64,000 bases of DNA from Candidatus Daviesbacteria bacterium (GTDB lineage: Bacteria; Patescibacteriota; Microgenomatia; Daviesbacterales; UBA10151), in the NCBI GenBank assembly GCA_041690695.1, contig JBEPVZ010000001.1, positions 14,943 to 78,942 of the forward strand, written 5' to 3'. Under the pieces are notes generated by a model. It ran no database searches, was not told where the DNA came from, and worked only from the letters and a program-made list of their open reading frames with translations. The position numbers and the translations under genes are program-made. Positions 1 to 9,566 of this stretch are shown here, one piece after another (position 1 is the stretch's first letter; every line of letters starts with the position of its first letter).

Positions 1-213
1 AAAGAGACTTATACGCAAGCTAATCTAAGAAAAAAGGTAGTATATTATCTTTCCAGTTCCCCTAAAGGCAAGATTAAATTTAATATGTTTATTAACCCAG
101 AAATAGATAAATATCTATCCTATGTATCAAAAAAGGATAGATCCACAAAGTCCGAAATAATAAGAGATCTTATTCTGGGAAAGATGCGTAAAGACTTGAA
201 TTATCCAACTTAA
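1..213 (+). CDS. 3' end of an ORF entering the window; the C-terminal part resembles a ribbon-helix-helix (CopG/Arc-type) DNA-binding domain (MFINPEIDKYLSYVSKKDRSTKSEIIRDLIL). May instead be a complete 46-aa ORF from the ATG at 76.
   Basis: Hand translation of frame 1 is open from nt 1 to TAA at 211-213. The beta-strand plus SEIIRDLI helix pattern is typical of RHH proteins. Confidence 0.3.
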   Translation, partial: KETYTQANLRKKVVYYLSSSPKGKIKFNMFINPEIDKYLSYVSKKDRSTKSEIIRDLILGKMRKDLNYPT

Positions 214-266
214 TCCAAACAAATTGCCTCACGCGATGGTTAGAAGTATAATTTGGTGACTCACAA

Positions 267-890
267 ATGAGTACTACCATTATGCGTGAAATAAATATAG
301 CCAAACTACTAGTCAATACACCAAAAATAGTAAATTTTTCTCAAAAGCCGTTGATTGTCGTAGCTAAAAACGAAGTTTCTCCTATATACATAAATATCAG
401 GCTGATGTTATCTGATGTATCATTAAGATTAAGTTTAGTTGAAAGCTTTGTCAAAGTTATTGCTAACAAATTTGACTGCGTGGCAGGTATTGAGAGTGGT
501 GGTTCCTATTTTGCGGCTGCAGTCGCTGATAAGTTAAAACTTCCATTAGTATTAGTACGTAAACAGTCAAAAAAGTATGGTGACGTTAGTAGACTTGTCG
601 GTCAAATTCCGAAAAAAAATGCTAAAGTTGCAATTTTGGACGATGTGTTAGCCACCGGTACAACTGCTAATTCAGTAGTAAACTATTTTAAAGGAATTAA
701 TTGTGAGGTTTCACTGTTTATTCTTTATAGTTATGGATTTCATAATAGAGTTGCCAACAGGTTAAATATCCCCATTATCGCATTATCTGAATATAAAACG
801 GTCGGTAAACTTTCCGTAGAAGCTGGTTTGTTCAGTAACAAAGATTTAAAATTTATCGATACATTCGTCACCCGTCTAGGAGAGATCTAA
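267..890 (+). CDS. Type I phosphoribosyltransferase (orotate PRTase-like)
   Basis: PRPP-binding motif VAILDDVLATGTT and GIESGG...LVRK region; ~207 aa; adjacent to tmk and a PfkB kinase, suggesting a nucleotide-salvage neighbourhood. Confidence 0.55.
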   Translation: MSTTIMREINIAKLLVNTPKIVNFSQKPLIVVAKNEVSPIYINIRLMLSDVSLRLSLVESFVKVIANKFDCVAGIESGGSYFAAAVADKLKLPLVLVRKQSKKYGDVSRLVGQIPKKNAKVAILDDVLATGTTANSVVNYFKGINCEVSLFILYSYGFHNRVANRLNIPIIALSEYKTVGKLSVEAGLFSNKDLKFIDTFVTRLGEI

Positions 891-1495
891 TGTCTTACCC
901 GGAAATTAGATTTACGGTTCCAGATCATCAAGATATGTATAGCATAGAAGGGATCGATGGAGCTGGCAAAACAACCCAGGCTAATCGTGTGGGCCATGAA
1001 TTAATTAGGCACGAGATTTCAGTGGCGACCTTAACAAATCCAAGCAATACACCACTTGGAAAATTTTTACGGGAGAATTTAGGAACGCTGCCTTCGTGGC
1101 AACGATTTACTTTATTTGTCATGGATATGTTAGATGTTTTATCAAGAAGCTCGTACAAGGATATTATTATTTGGGATAGATATATAGATTCAACTATCGT
1201 TTCCAATTCAGACACTCATCCTGACTTAGCTGCTTTATGGGTAAACCAATTGCCACGACCTAAACATGCTTTTTTCCTAGACATTGACCCAATTAGTGTA
1301 CTTAAAAAAAGGTCAGGGTCCCTGCATGATCACTCACTAGATATTAGTCACCAAAAGTTAAAATATAGTCGTTATAAAGAGCTCATTTCTAGAAATCCAG
1401 ATCGATTTACTGTAGTTGATGGTAGTCTACCCGAAGCAGTAATCACAGAGAGGATAGCCAGTGAAATTGTGCGTTTATATACAATAAAAAAATGA
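890..1495 (+). CDS. tmk: Thymidylate (dTMP) kinase
   Basis: P-loop EGIDGAGKTTQ, DRY motif (WDRY), ~200 aa; ATGA start/stop overlap with the upstream gene. Confidence 0.7.
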   Translation: MSYPEIRFTVPDHQDMYSIEGIDGAGKTTQANRVGHELIRHEISVATLTNPSNTPLGKFLRENLGTLPSWQRFTLFVMDMLDVLSRSSYKDIIIWDRYIDSTIVSNSDTHPDLAALWVNQLPRPKHAFFLDIDPISVLKKRSGSLHDHSLDISHQKLKYSRYKELISRNPDRFTVVDGSLPEAVITERIASEIVRLYTIKK

Positions 1496-2352
1496 TCGAG
1501 ACAGAAAATATTTTAATTGTTGGTAGTCTAGTTAAAGATATTATCTTTGGTCAAGAAAAATATGGAGGCTCAGCTCCAGTGATAGCTTCCAATATAAAGG
1601 GATTAGGGATAAATGCTGGAGTTTTATCTGTAGCAAGCCGCGATAAGTTTAGCCAAGAATACCTAGAACACTTAGTAAAACTAGGAGTAAATATAGAGCT
1701 TATTTTGACAACACTAGATGAGCTTCCAAAATGCATTGTCGATAAAACGGATAATAAGGACACTGATAGCACTTGGGTAGATAATGGTGGGCATAGTGCC
1801 TTGGATGAGTACAACCTTTCAACGCAATCATTACAGAACTATCCATATATTCATTTAGTCAGTTGCCCTCCGGGACTAGCTAGAAGGCTGGCTAATTCGA
1901 CTAAATCTCGTCTTTCATACGAACCTGGACCAAAAGTTCTATTTGACGAAAGCTATTTTGATTACAAAGTATTTGAACAAAGTGATTGTATGTTTTTTAA
2001 TGAGGAGGAATATACGAGAGTAAGTGCAGTCATAGGAGTTACCTCACCATTAGAATTAATTGATGGTTCTAATAAGATAGTTGTGATAACTAAAGGAAGT
2101 AATGGGTCAGATATTTACACCAGTGCTGAGCTGGAACCACTCAGAATTAAAGCTGCTCCAATAAAACAGCTGATTGATTTCACTGGTGCTGGTGATGCTT
2201 ATAAATCAGGTTTTTTAGCAGGTATGGTTAGAGGATTAGACATGCCCCAAAGAGCATTTATAGGTTCACTAATGGCAGCTGAATGTATTCAGCAAATTGG
2301 GGGGATATTACCGGTAGACTATCTAATTGGACTAAGACATAAATATATGTAG
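1492..2352 (+). CDS. PfkB-family carbohydrate/nucleoside kinase (ribokinase-like)
   Basis: C-terminal PfkB signature DFTGAGDAY..GFL; overlaps tmk stop by 4 nt. Confidence 0.65.
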   Translation: MIETENILIVGSLVKDIIFGQEKYGGSAPVIASNIKGLGINAGVLSVASRDKFSQEYLEHLVKLGVNIELILTTLDELPKCIVDKTDNKDTDSTWVDNGGHSALDEYNLSTQSLQNYPYIHLVSCPPGLARRLANSTKSRLSYEPGPKVLFDESYFDYKVFEQSDCMFFNEEEYTRVSAVIGVTSPLELIDGSNKIVVITKGSNGSDIYTSAELEPLRIKAAPIKQLIDFTGAGDAYKSGFLAGMVRGLDMPQRAFIGSLMAAECIQQIGGILPVDYLIGLRHKYM

Positions 2353-2353
2353 C

Positions 2354-3106
2354 TTAATTAGCTGTTTTTGCCATAGACCAAGGTATACAGAAATCTTCTA
2401 AAATACTTATTAAAGAATAAAATAAAATGCCAGTAGTGCTTGATAAAAAAATTGCTGAGAAAACTAAGGGAATATCAAACGTGTAGTACCCACTAATAAT
2501 GATATAACCTAACCCTCCATTTACGGTAATAAACTCGCTGACGAGAGCTCCAACTATCGCTAAAGATATCGATATTTTTAATGATGAAAATATATACGGG
2601 AGAGATGCAGGTAGAACCAATCGTCTTATAATTTGATATCTTGAAGCTGAGTAGAGTCGGAAAAAATCTAGATATTCATTATTTATCGACTTAACCCCTC
2701 TGACCAGGTTTATTAATGAAGGGAAAAAAGATATCAAGCCAGCTGCAATTATATGAGAAATCCGTCCAGATCCCAGCCAAAGTACTAATATTGGGGCAAA
2801 AGCAATGACTGGAATAGTCTCTAAAATAACGGCATAAGGCAGAATAATCTCTTCCATAAAACTGAATCTAAATACCAATAAAACAATTGTAAGGCTAAAT
2901 ACGTTAGCTATTGTAAATCCTCCAATAGCCTCAACTAAAGTTATCAGCCAGTTTTCACTAAGTAGCTGGATGTTTTTAGAGAAAGATGCATAAACCACCT
3001 CGGGGGAAGGAAAAAGATAAGAGGGAAGGTCCAGAGTTTTTGTCAGAAGACTCCAAAGCGATATTAAGAAAAAGAGACTTATTACTAAGTAAATCAGTTT
3101 ACGCAT
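2354..3106 (-). CDS. ABC transporter permease, NitT/TauT (SsuC/ThiX-like) family
   Basis: Six hydrophobic segments and the inner-membrane-component signature region; start overlaps the upstream ATPase gene. Confidence 0.7.
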   Translation of the reverse strand: MRKLIYLVISLFFLISLWSLLTKTLDLPSYLFPSPEVVYASFSKNIQLLSENWLITLVEAIGGFTIANVFSLTIVLLVFRFSFMEEIILPYAVILETIPVIAFAPILVLWLGSGRISHIIAAGLISFFPSLINLVRGVKSINNEYLDFFRLYSASRYQIIRRLVLPASLPYIFSSLKISISLAIVGALVSEFITVNGGLGYIIISGYYTFDIPLVFSAIFLSSTTGILFYSLISILEDFCIPWSMAKTAN

Positions 3107-3836
3107 CTGTAAGCTCTCTTCTTAAAAGTTTTAGATATTTTATGAATTTTGGAGAAAACCTAGTTTGTGTATTCCTAGTAGAAAAGTTTATATCAAGAAT
3201 AGTTTTTACCTGAGTAGGCCTCCTTGAAAGGATAACCACCTTGTTGGATAAGTAGATTGCTTCAGTAAGGGAATGTGTGACCAAAATGGTTGTCATTTTT
3301 CCTTGATCGTGTGTAGTCAGCAGTTTGTCTTGGAGAAACTCTCTGTTTGGTTCATCAATCGAAGAAAAAGGTTCGTCTAACAACAATAGTTCCGGATCAA
3401 GAATTAAACTTTGGAGAATACAAACCAACTTCATGGTACCTCCGGAGAGATGTTGGATAGGCATATTTGATTTACCGGCTAAATTCACCATTTCTAATAG
3501 GTCAAGAGCTCGTTGGTAATCTTTATTCGATACTATTTGTTGTGGTAGCATGATGTTTTCAATGGTATTTAACCATGGAAAGAGGGTCGGTGTTTGAAAA
3601 CATAGGCCAATCTTACTTTTTTCGCGTAGTGATTTAGCTGGTTTGCGATTTATGGTTATTTGGCCAGAATCGAGAGGAAGGAGGGTTGAGATTAGTCTTA
3701 GCAAAGTCGTTTTACCACAACCGTACGGCCCAACTATCGACACAAAATCTCCCTTGTTAATATCTAAATTAAGATTATTGATAACTTTGACGTTTTGATA
3801 GCTTTTCGAGACTCCCCGCAAGGAGACGAAGCTCAT
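3099..3836 (-). CDS. ABC transporter ATP-binding protein (SsuB/TauB-like)
   Basis: Walker A GPYGCGKTT, LSGG signature, Walker B LLLLDEP, H-loop. Confidence 0.8.
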   Translation of the reverse strand: MSFVSLRGVSKSYQNVKVINNLNLDINKGDFVSIVGPYGCGKTTLLRLISTLLPLDSGQITINRKPAKSLREKSKIGLCFQTPTLFPWLNTIENIMLPQQIVSNKDYQRALDLLEMVNLAGKSNMPIQHLSGGTMKLVCILQSLILDPELLLLDEPFSSIDEPNREFLQDKLLTTHDQGKMTTILVTHSLTEAIYLSNKVVILSRRPTQVKTILDINFSTRNTQTRFSPKFIKYLKLLRRELTDA

Positions 3837-4837
3837 TCGTTAACAAATTGATTGGTGAAAGCTTGATCTAAAGTTATTGATCCTTTTAGAAGGTCCTGGG
3901 AACTTAAGATCTCTTGCATACCCTGCCAGATTTTGGTATCTGATAAACCAATCTTCTGATCAGTAAAGATTAAGCTTTGGCTTAGATTAAGAGAATCTAA
4001 TTCATGTTTTCTATTGAGTGTGTTGTTTCTAGCTAAGGTTGAGTTGATGGCTCCTTCTTTATCAATAAATGCCATATTCCATCCTTCAAGCGTGGCAGTA
4101 ACAAACTTTTTTACAATATCGGGATGATTTTTGACCATATCTTCAGTTGTAAAGATAGTATCTCCGTAAAAATTTATGCCATAGTCACGCGGCTTTATTA
4201 TATTGACATCAATACCTTGGTCAGCCAGTAAAAGAGGTTCGTTAACTTCATAACCTACTTCCGCATCTATGTTACCCGTGATAAATTGAGTAAGATCAAA
4301 CGTTTTTGGAACGGCGTTTATACGATTATTATCTATGCCCTGTTTTGATAACAAGGCTCTATATATTATTTCATCGTCGTCAGCAGCAACAACACCAATC
4401 TTTTTCCCAACAAGATCAATAGGTTTTAGGATATTTAAAGATTTTTTTGAGTAGATAGCGATCGGAGATTTTTGGTAGATGACTGCAACAGCAACAACGG
4501 GCACTCCTTTATCACGAGCTAATAAGATTTGATTACCACTCGTTATACCAAAACTATCTGCTCCAGATACCACCATTGCTATAGAGGAAATATTTGGGCC
4601 ACCTGGATCAATAGAAACATTTAATCCTTGATTGGCATATAAACCCTTATCCTGGGCGACATAAATTCCGGCAAATTGACTTTGATTTAACCACTTTAAC
4701 CTAATAGAGATATTAATTGCCGCATGCACGGAAGGACTGGTATTCGATATTTTGGGTTGATTTAGTCGAAAAAGATAATAAACAAATAGTCCTAAAACTA
4801 GGAGTATTATAATAATTGTGAGTCGTTTAAATGACAT
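3833..4837 (-). CDS. ABC substrate-binding protein, NMT1/THI5-like (SsuA/ThiY-like)
   Basis: N-terminal signal anchor; periplasmic-binding-protein-like composition; first gene of a three-gene operon with 4-8 nt overlaps. Confidence 0.55.
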   Translation of the reverse strand: MSFKRLTIIIILLVLGLFVYYLFRLNQPKISNTSPSVHAAINISIRLKWLNQSQFAGIYVAQDKGLYANQGLNVSIDPGGPNISSIAMVVSGADSFGITSGNQILLARDKGVPVVAVAVIYQKSPIAIYSKKSLNILKPIDLVGKKIGVVAADDDEIIYRALLSKQGIDNNRINAVPKTFDLTQFITGNIDAEVGYEVNEPLLLADQGIDVNIIKPRDYGINFYGDTIFTTEDMVKNHPDIVKKFVTATLEGWNMAFIDKEGAINSTLARNNTLNRKHELDSLNLSQSLIFTDQKIGLSDTKIWQGMQEILSSQDLLKGSITLDQAFTNQFVNE

Positions 4838-4840
4838 TTT

Positions 4841-4864
4841 TTAATACTCATTAATGAGTATTAA
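4841..4864. promoter_or_regulatory. Perfect palindrome TTAATACTCAT-TA-ATGAGTATTAA (11-nt arms), ending ~6 nt upstream of the substrate-binding-protein start codon; putative operator or translational control hairpin
   Basis: Read directly in sequence; flanked by T4/A4, which extends the symmetry. Confidence 0.4.
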
Positions 4865-4924
4865 AAGGATTGTATGCCTACTATTCTAGTGTGTCAAGCT
4901 ACGACAAAAATATCTAGGGATTAA

Positions 4925-5371
4925 TTAAACAGCTTTCAAAGCATCAAACCCTTTAAGAATATATTTATCAACATTCGGTGAGAAATCATAGTCACCAATT
5001 TGATCTTCCGAGATCCATTGAACTTTGCTAGTATCTTCTAAGGCTTTTGCTTCCCCAGATTTCCAGTGACATAAAAAAATCAAGGCGATGACATGCTGTC
5101 CTGTCGATCTGAGAAAAGTATTATTAGATAGAAGAGTTACATTGTCTTGAATGTCTACTCCCGTTTCCTCCTTAACTTCGTCGGATAGGGTCTTTTCTAT
5201 AATATTCCAAACATTACCATCAGTTCGCTCAACTTTACCGCCGGGTATAGTCCATTTTCCAGGATCATGTGTTTCTTCCATGCTCCGTTGTGAAGCTAAT
5301 ATTTTTCCGTTCTTTTCTACCACCGCATTTATAAGTACTAAATGAGTTTTATCAGTAGCCAGGTCGCTCAT
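4925..5371 (-). CDS. NUDIX hydrolase
   Basis: Nudix box GGKVERTDGNVWNIIEKTLSDEVKEETGV. Confidence 0.7.
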   Translation of the reverse strand: MSDLATDKTHLVLINAVVEKNGKILASQRSMEETHDPGKWTIPGGKVERTDGNVWNIIEKTLSDEVKEETGVDIQDNVTLLSNNTFLRSTGQHVIALIFLCHWKSGEAKALEDTSKVQWISEDQIGDYDFSPNVDKYILKGFDALKAV

Positions 5372-5419
5372 ATAACATATATACTAAACTAATCGCCAAT
5401 AAAATTCAATTAATCTATC

Positions 5420-5926
5420 TCAAGATATATTGTCTATTCTAAAACTTCTACGCTGAGAATTAATCTTACCCGAGCAAACTTGGTTCACTTTTCTACCAAT
5501 TAGAATTCGGGCAATCGGAGATACATAGGAAATTGAATCCGGTTGCCCAAAAACCATATAACTTCCTATTCTGTAGCTTAGCAACTCTTCATAATCAAGG
5601 TCAAAAAAATCAACTGTTCTTCCCAGACCAACATACCCAGCTAAATAATCAGGTAATACAATTTTTGACTTTTCTTTGACCTTTAATAAATTTACGAACT
5701 GTCGGGAGTGCCGTTCATGTTCGCTTTGAGCATAATCGAAAGCAAAATTGTCATGCCAGGTTTCTCCACCACCATGAGTGGCATCGCCAATCAGTTGACC
5801 AGCTTGTAGTACATCCATACGAGCCTTTTTTATCCCTTGCTCGAGTAGTAAGTAGTCCGGTTCTAGAAAATAAATGTTCGTGGGAAGAGATGGTATTTGA
5901 TTTCTTTCACCCCTACGTTCCGGCAT
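5420..5926 (-). CDS. GreA/GreB-family transcription factor homolog (divergent)
   Basis: C-terminal FKBP-like motif ISYVSPIARILIGRKV and central GD..E..Y..AQSE region resembling GreA. Confidence 0.4.
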   Translation of the reverse strand: MPERRGERNQIPSLPTNIYFLEPDYLLLEQGIKKARMDVLQAGQLIGDATHGGGETWHDNFAFDYAQSEHERHSRQFVNLLKVKEKSKIVLPDYLAGYVGLGRTVDFFDLDYEELLSYRIGSYMVFGQPDSISYVSPIARILIGRKVNQVCSGKINSQRRSFRIDNIS

Positions 5927-6018
5927 CCTTGATTTTTAACACAACTCAACTTCAATATCAACATAACCTTAATTTAGGGACAAGCCTAGATGCCCGCTTT
6001 ATTTAATTGAAAGACGAG

Positions 6019-6090
6019 AGCGGGATAGGGGAATCGAACCCCTTACATTCTGCTTGGAAAGCAGACGTTCTACCAGTGAACTAATCCCGC
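6019..6090 (-). tRNA. tRNA-Gly (anticodon TCC)
   Basis: Hand-folded cloverleaf: 7-bp acceptor GCGGGAT/ATCCCGC, D-stem GTTC/GAAC, anticodon stem TCTGC/GCAGA with loop TTTCCAA, T-loop TTCGATT, discriminator U; no encoded CCA. Confidence 0.75.
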
Positions 6091-6157
6091 AGGATGACCC
6101 CTATTTTCCCAGAACCTACTCTAGTTTTCAACCCATAAGTGCTATATTTAATAGTAG

Positions 6158-6886
6158 ATGCGTTACACCCATGGTATAAAGTTAATTCGGAAACGTCCCC
6201 ACGTTGGCAAGATCTCTTTAGCCATTACATTGACGCTGGTCTTATTAATTGTCGTTTTGGGTTTCACTTCCTTAAATGCCGAGCGGTTTTTTATTGGATT
6301 TGTCGAAAGTTTGTATCGAGTCAGCTTGTCATATGTCATTGCCTTAGTTTTGGCTTTAGTTTTAGCCTTAATCATCAGTGCTTCAAAGGTCGTTGAAGAA
6401 GTCTTAGTCCCAATTTTGGATGTTTTACAAAGTTTTCCATCCTTTGCCCTATTTCCATTATTTGTGCTCTGGTTTGGTAAGACCTCAATCGTGACCATCA
6501 TAATTTTAATTGCCGAGATGATCTGGCCAATCTTATTTACAGTTTTAACTGCTCATAAACAGATTCGTGAAGATGTTTTAGAAGCGGCTAAATCTTTTAA
6601 AGCCCAAGGTTTAAAATTACTCTGGTTTGTAATTATCCCGCTAATCTTCCCGGCTATAATTACCGGATCGATCGTGGCCTGGGGCGAAGCTTGGGAAGCA
6701 ATCATCGCGGCTGAAATTATCGTTAATATTGCAGGGGTTGGTAGCTATTTGGCTGATATTGCCGCCAGCAATCATCCCGAAAAATTGGCGATTGGGATTC
6801 TAGCCTTAATGTTAATCTTATTCTTAATCAATAAATATTTGTGGTTGCCACTTTTAAATATCAGTACTAAATATCAACAAGACTAA
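6158..6886 (+). CDS. ABC transporter permease, NitT/TauT family (second system)
   Basis: Multi-TM permease paralogous to 2354..3106. Confidence 0.7.
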   Translation: MRYTHGIKLIRKRPHVGKISLAITLTLVLLIVVLGFTSLNAERFFIGFVESLYRVSLSYVIALVLALVLALIISASKVVEEVLVPILDVLQSFPSFALFPLFVLWFGKTSIVTIIILIAEMIWPILFTVLTAHKQIREDVLEAAKSFKAQGLKLLWFVIIPLIFPAIITGSIVAWGEAWEAIIAAEIIVNIAGVGSYLADIAASNHPEKLAIGILALMLILFLINKYLWLPLLNISTKYQQD

Positions 6887-7611
6887 TGCTAACTTTAAAA
6901 AATATCTCTAAAAATTACACAGACGAGGGTAAAAAAGCTGTTATTTTAGATGATATTAATCTGGAATTTAAAACTGGCGAGCTGACAACTTTGATTGGGC
7001 CGTCCGGTTGTGGTAAATCAACCCTCCTACGAATTATTTCTGGTTTAACTCCGCCCAGTCATGGCCAACTAGTCTGGGCAGAAACTCCACAAATTGGTTT
7101 TATCTTCCAAAACTATGCTCTTTTCCCTTATTTAACAGTTTTTGAAAATATCGAGTTTGGATTAAAGATGAAAGGCACGAGTAAAGCCGAGCGAATAAAA
7201 ATAGTTAATGAGTTGATCGAGGAAGTTGGTTTAAAAGGTTACGCTGATAAACATCCCAAAGAACTATCGGGCGGGATGAAACAACGAGTTGGGATTGCCA
7301 GGGCTTTAGCAATCTCACCCAATGTTTTATTAATGGATGAGCCATTTTCATCACTCGATGAGTTTACGGCCGAGGATTTAAGAGCCTTACTGCTTAATTT
7401 GTGGTCAAAAAAGCATCTGAGCGTTATTATGGTCACTCATTTAATTAGAGAAGCGCTCCAATTGGCAGATCAGATCGTGGTTTTATCAACCAAGCCTGGT
7501 CGAATTAAAAAAGTCATGACCAATGAGCTAGCGAGACCAAGAAATTTAAGATCTGATGAATTTTTCAAACAAGAAGATCGTTTAAAAGAATTAATCCATC
7601 AAGAGTTATAA
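6886..7611 (+). CDS. ABC transporter ATP-binding protein (second system)
   Basis: Walker A GPSGCGKST, LSGGMKQR, LLMDEP; ATGA overlap with the permease. Confidence 0.8.
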   Translation: MLTLKNISKNYTDEGKKAVILDDINLEFKTGELTTLIGPSGCGKSTLLRIISGLTPPSHGQLVWAETPQIGFIFQNYALFPYLTVFENIEFGLKMKGTSKAERIKIVNELIEEVGLKGYADKHPKELSGGMKQRVGIARALAISPNVLLMDEPFSSLDEFTAEDLRALLLNLWSKKHLSVIMVTHLIREALQLADQIVVLSTKPGRIKKVMTNELARPRNLRSDEFFKQEDRLKELIHQEL

Positions 7612-8004
7612 AGCGGCTTTAATCTTGTCAAAATTAGAAATTTGGACCGACTCGTCATCACTTTTTTCTGCAAAGTGAAGTTTAACCTCATCGTTATGAA
7701 ATCTTGGTTTAATATGGAGATGAAAATGGTTAACTTCTTGGCCAGCCGCTGGCTCATTATTTTGAATCAAATTAACTCCATCAGCATTAAGACCTTTTTT
7801 AACCGCTTTTGAGATTTTTATCGCCGCCGACATAACCGCCGCTCCGGTTTGATCATCTAAGTCATAAATCGTAGCGATATGTTTTTTGGGTACAACTAGG
7901 GGATGGCCCTGAAGTGACAAAAAAACGATGACCTCCTTATCTTCAAAGATAGCTTTGTGGGGTAATTTTCCAGCAATAATTTTGCAAAAAACACAGTCTT
8001 CCAT
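7606..8004 (-). CDS. HIT-family (histidine triad) nucleotide hydrolase
   Basis: Histidine triad HFHLHIKPR; N-terminal CVFCKI motif. Confidence 0.8.
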   Translation of the reverse strand: MEDCVFCKIIAGKLPHKAIFEDKEVIVFLSLQGHPLVVPKKHIATIYDLDDQTGAAVMSAAIKISKAVKKGLNADGVNLIQNNEPAAGQEVNHFHLHIKPRFHNDEVKLHFAEKSDDESVQISNFDKIKAAL

Positions 8005-8012
8005 AGCAATTA

Positions 8013-8489
8013 TTATACCAAAATTCTACGTTGGGTAGGACGGACGCTGGGTCGTTGACGTTTAAGTTCTTCTAAATCGCGTAATAATTTTTGAAGATCT
8101 CCTTCAATATTATCAAGAGTTACTCGAGTTTGTTTATCACCTGATTCGTCATCATCTTGAAGCTCCTCAACATCTTCCTGAAGCTCACCTAAATCATCTT
8201 GAACTTCTTCGATATCATCAGCCACGCTGGCTAAACTTTGCGCTTGGCGATTGACTGTCATTTGAATAAAGATCGCTAGATAAATTGCTTCTAGAGAAAC
8301 GGCGGTTGTTAAAATTAATAAGATACTATCAAGCCCTAGGCCAAATAAACGCAAGCCAAAAATACCAATAAAGAAGATTGTGTGAGCCACGATCGAGAGA
8401 GGCGTACCAACTAAGTTGGTTAAACGAATCGAAAATTGAGCTAGGCCATTAAGATTATTATCAATTTTGGATTTAACTTTTTTAACCAT
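8013..8489 (-). CDS. Membrane protein with DUF1003-like core plus acidic coiled-coil tail
   Basis: Two TM helices followed by the IQMTVNRQAQ motif resembling the DUF1003 consensus, then a D/E-rich heptad region. Confidence 0.4.
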   Translation of the reverse strand: MVKKVKSKIDNNLNGLAQFSIRLTNLVGTPLSIVAHTIFFIGIFGLRLFGLGLDSILLILTTAVSLEAIYLAIFIQMTVNRQAQSLASVADDIEEVQDDLGELQEDVEELQDDDESGDKQTRVTLDNIEGDLQKLLRDLEELKRQRPSVRPTQRRILV

Positions 8490-8613
8490 AAATTAGGATC
8501 TCCACTCATATAGGCGTTTAATGATTGTAACTCAAAAAATTGACGATAGGCAATAGTCTGAATGTAAAAGTATTAGACTTCATATCGTCATTCTGATAAA
8601 ATCTATTCCAGTT

Positions 8614-8698
8614 GCCGCAGTGGTGGAATGGTATACACGCGCGCCTTAAGAGCGTGTGAGCTACGCTTATGTGGGTTCGACTCCCACCTGCGGCACCA
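8614..8698 (+). tRNA. tRNA-Leu (anticodon TAA), type II with long variable arm, CCA encoded
   Basis: Acceptor GCCGCAG/CTGCGGC, 3-bp D-stem, anticodon loop CTTAAGA, 14-nt variable arm, T-loop TTCGACT, 3' ACCA. Confidence 0.85.
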
Positions 8699-8751
8699 AA
8701 TTGATTAGGCCATTGACAATTAAACTGTTGGAGAGTATACATACTTCATAT

Positions 8752-9477
8752 ATGCCAGGCGAGCATTTATCAGAATTTACTCCTCCAATTCCAGAACATC
8801 CTTTCATGGGAAATATTAAAAAATCACTTGTTCTTTATCAAGGAAGCCAGGTTCAAAGAAGACCATCAAGAGAAGTTATTGAGAGATATATTACATTCGA
8901 CGATGAGGATTTCCCAGACACGGCCCGTTTAAATGATTCCGATGTCCCCGTCTGGGCAATTATGGGAAATATAGATACACCTCATGAGACGCAAACGCTT
9001 AGAGGAGTTATTGAACAAACAGCTGATGACAATGATGTATCACTCGACGAGATGCAGGCGGCAATTGTATTTTATGGTGAAAATATAAGGGCGATTGATA
9101 TAAGACGGGCAGAGAATAATGGATATCAACCTCCTCTAACAACTTTTGGAGAGCTTGCAGCTGAAGAAAATGCTTGGCTTAATCAAGGGAGATCGCAAGA
9201 AGACGATCCTGCCGATGAATTAATGGCAGAACTAGGAATGCCACCAGAAGCTAAGTTTGACTTTTTTGCAGCTGGGTTAGAAGCTATGCCTGTAGAATTT
9301 TGGACAGACCTAGTTGAAAGTGAAGTTATAGATAATGATAATATTACAAATCCACGCCCTCCTTATACTCAAACACAGATTAGTGACATGATTCAATATC
9401 AAGCGACTGTTGATGAAGAAGAACGTCTTACAGCGGAACAACACAAAAACGAACCTCGATTAGGCAAAGATCAATAG
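8752..9477 (+). CDS. Hypothetical acidic protein
   Basis: The tracked ORF from 8656 (GTG) overlaps tRNA-Leu, so the first ATG at 8752 is preferred. No recognisable domain. Confidence 0.35.
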   Translation: MPGEHLSEFTPPIPEHPFMGNIKKSLVLYQGSQVQRRPSREVIERYITFDDEDFPDTARLNDSDVPVWAIMGNIDTPHETQTLRGVIEQTADDNDVSLDEMQAAIVFYGENIRAIDIRRAENNGYQPPLTTFGELAAEENAWLNQGRSQEDDPADELMAELGMPPEAKFDFFAAGLEAMPVEFWTDLVESEVIDNDNITNPRPPYTQTQISDMIQYQATVDEEERLTAEQHKNEPRLGKDQ

Positions 9478-9566
9478 TTTTACCTCTACTTCTGTTTCAT
9501 ATTTTTCTTGAACATCCAGGAATGGATAATTTGTGCTAGTACAATTTTTTTGCTAGAATCCGAGGC

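Noticed and set aside
6019-6090. Initially read this tRNA as Trp (CCA)
   Set aside because: With the only 5-bp anticodon stem that leaves a 7-nt loop (TCTGC/GCAGA), the loop is TTTCCAA, so positions 34-36 are TCC (Gly) with U33 and A37. The CCA reading needed a shifted stem that does not pair.
8518-8742. 74-aa minus-strand ORF and the 5' extension of the 8656 ORF overlapping tRNA-Leu
   Set aside because: They overlap a well-formed tRNA gene. The downstream CDS has a clean ATG at 8752 after the tRNA.
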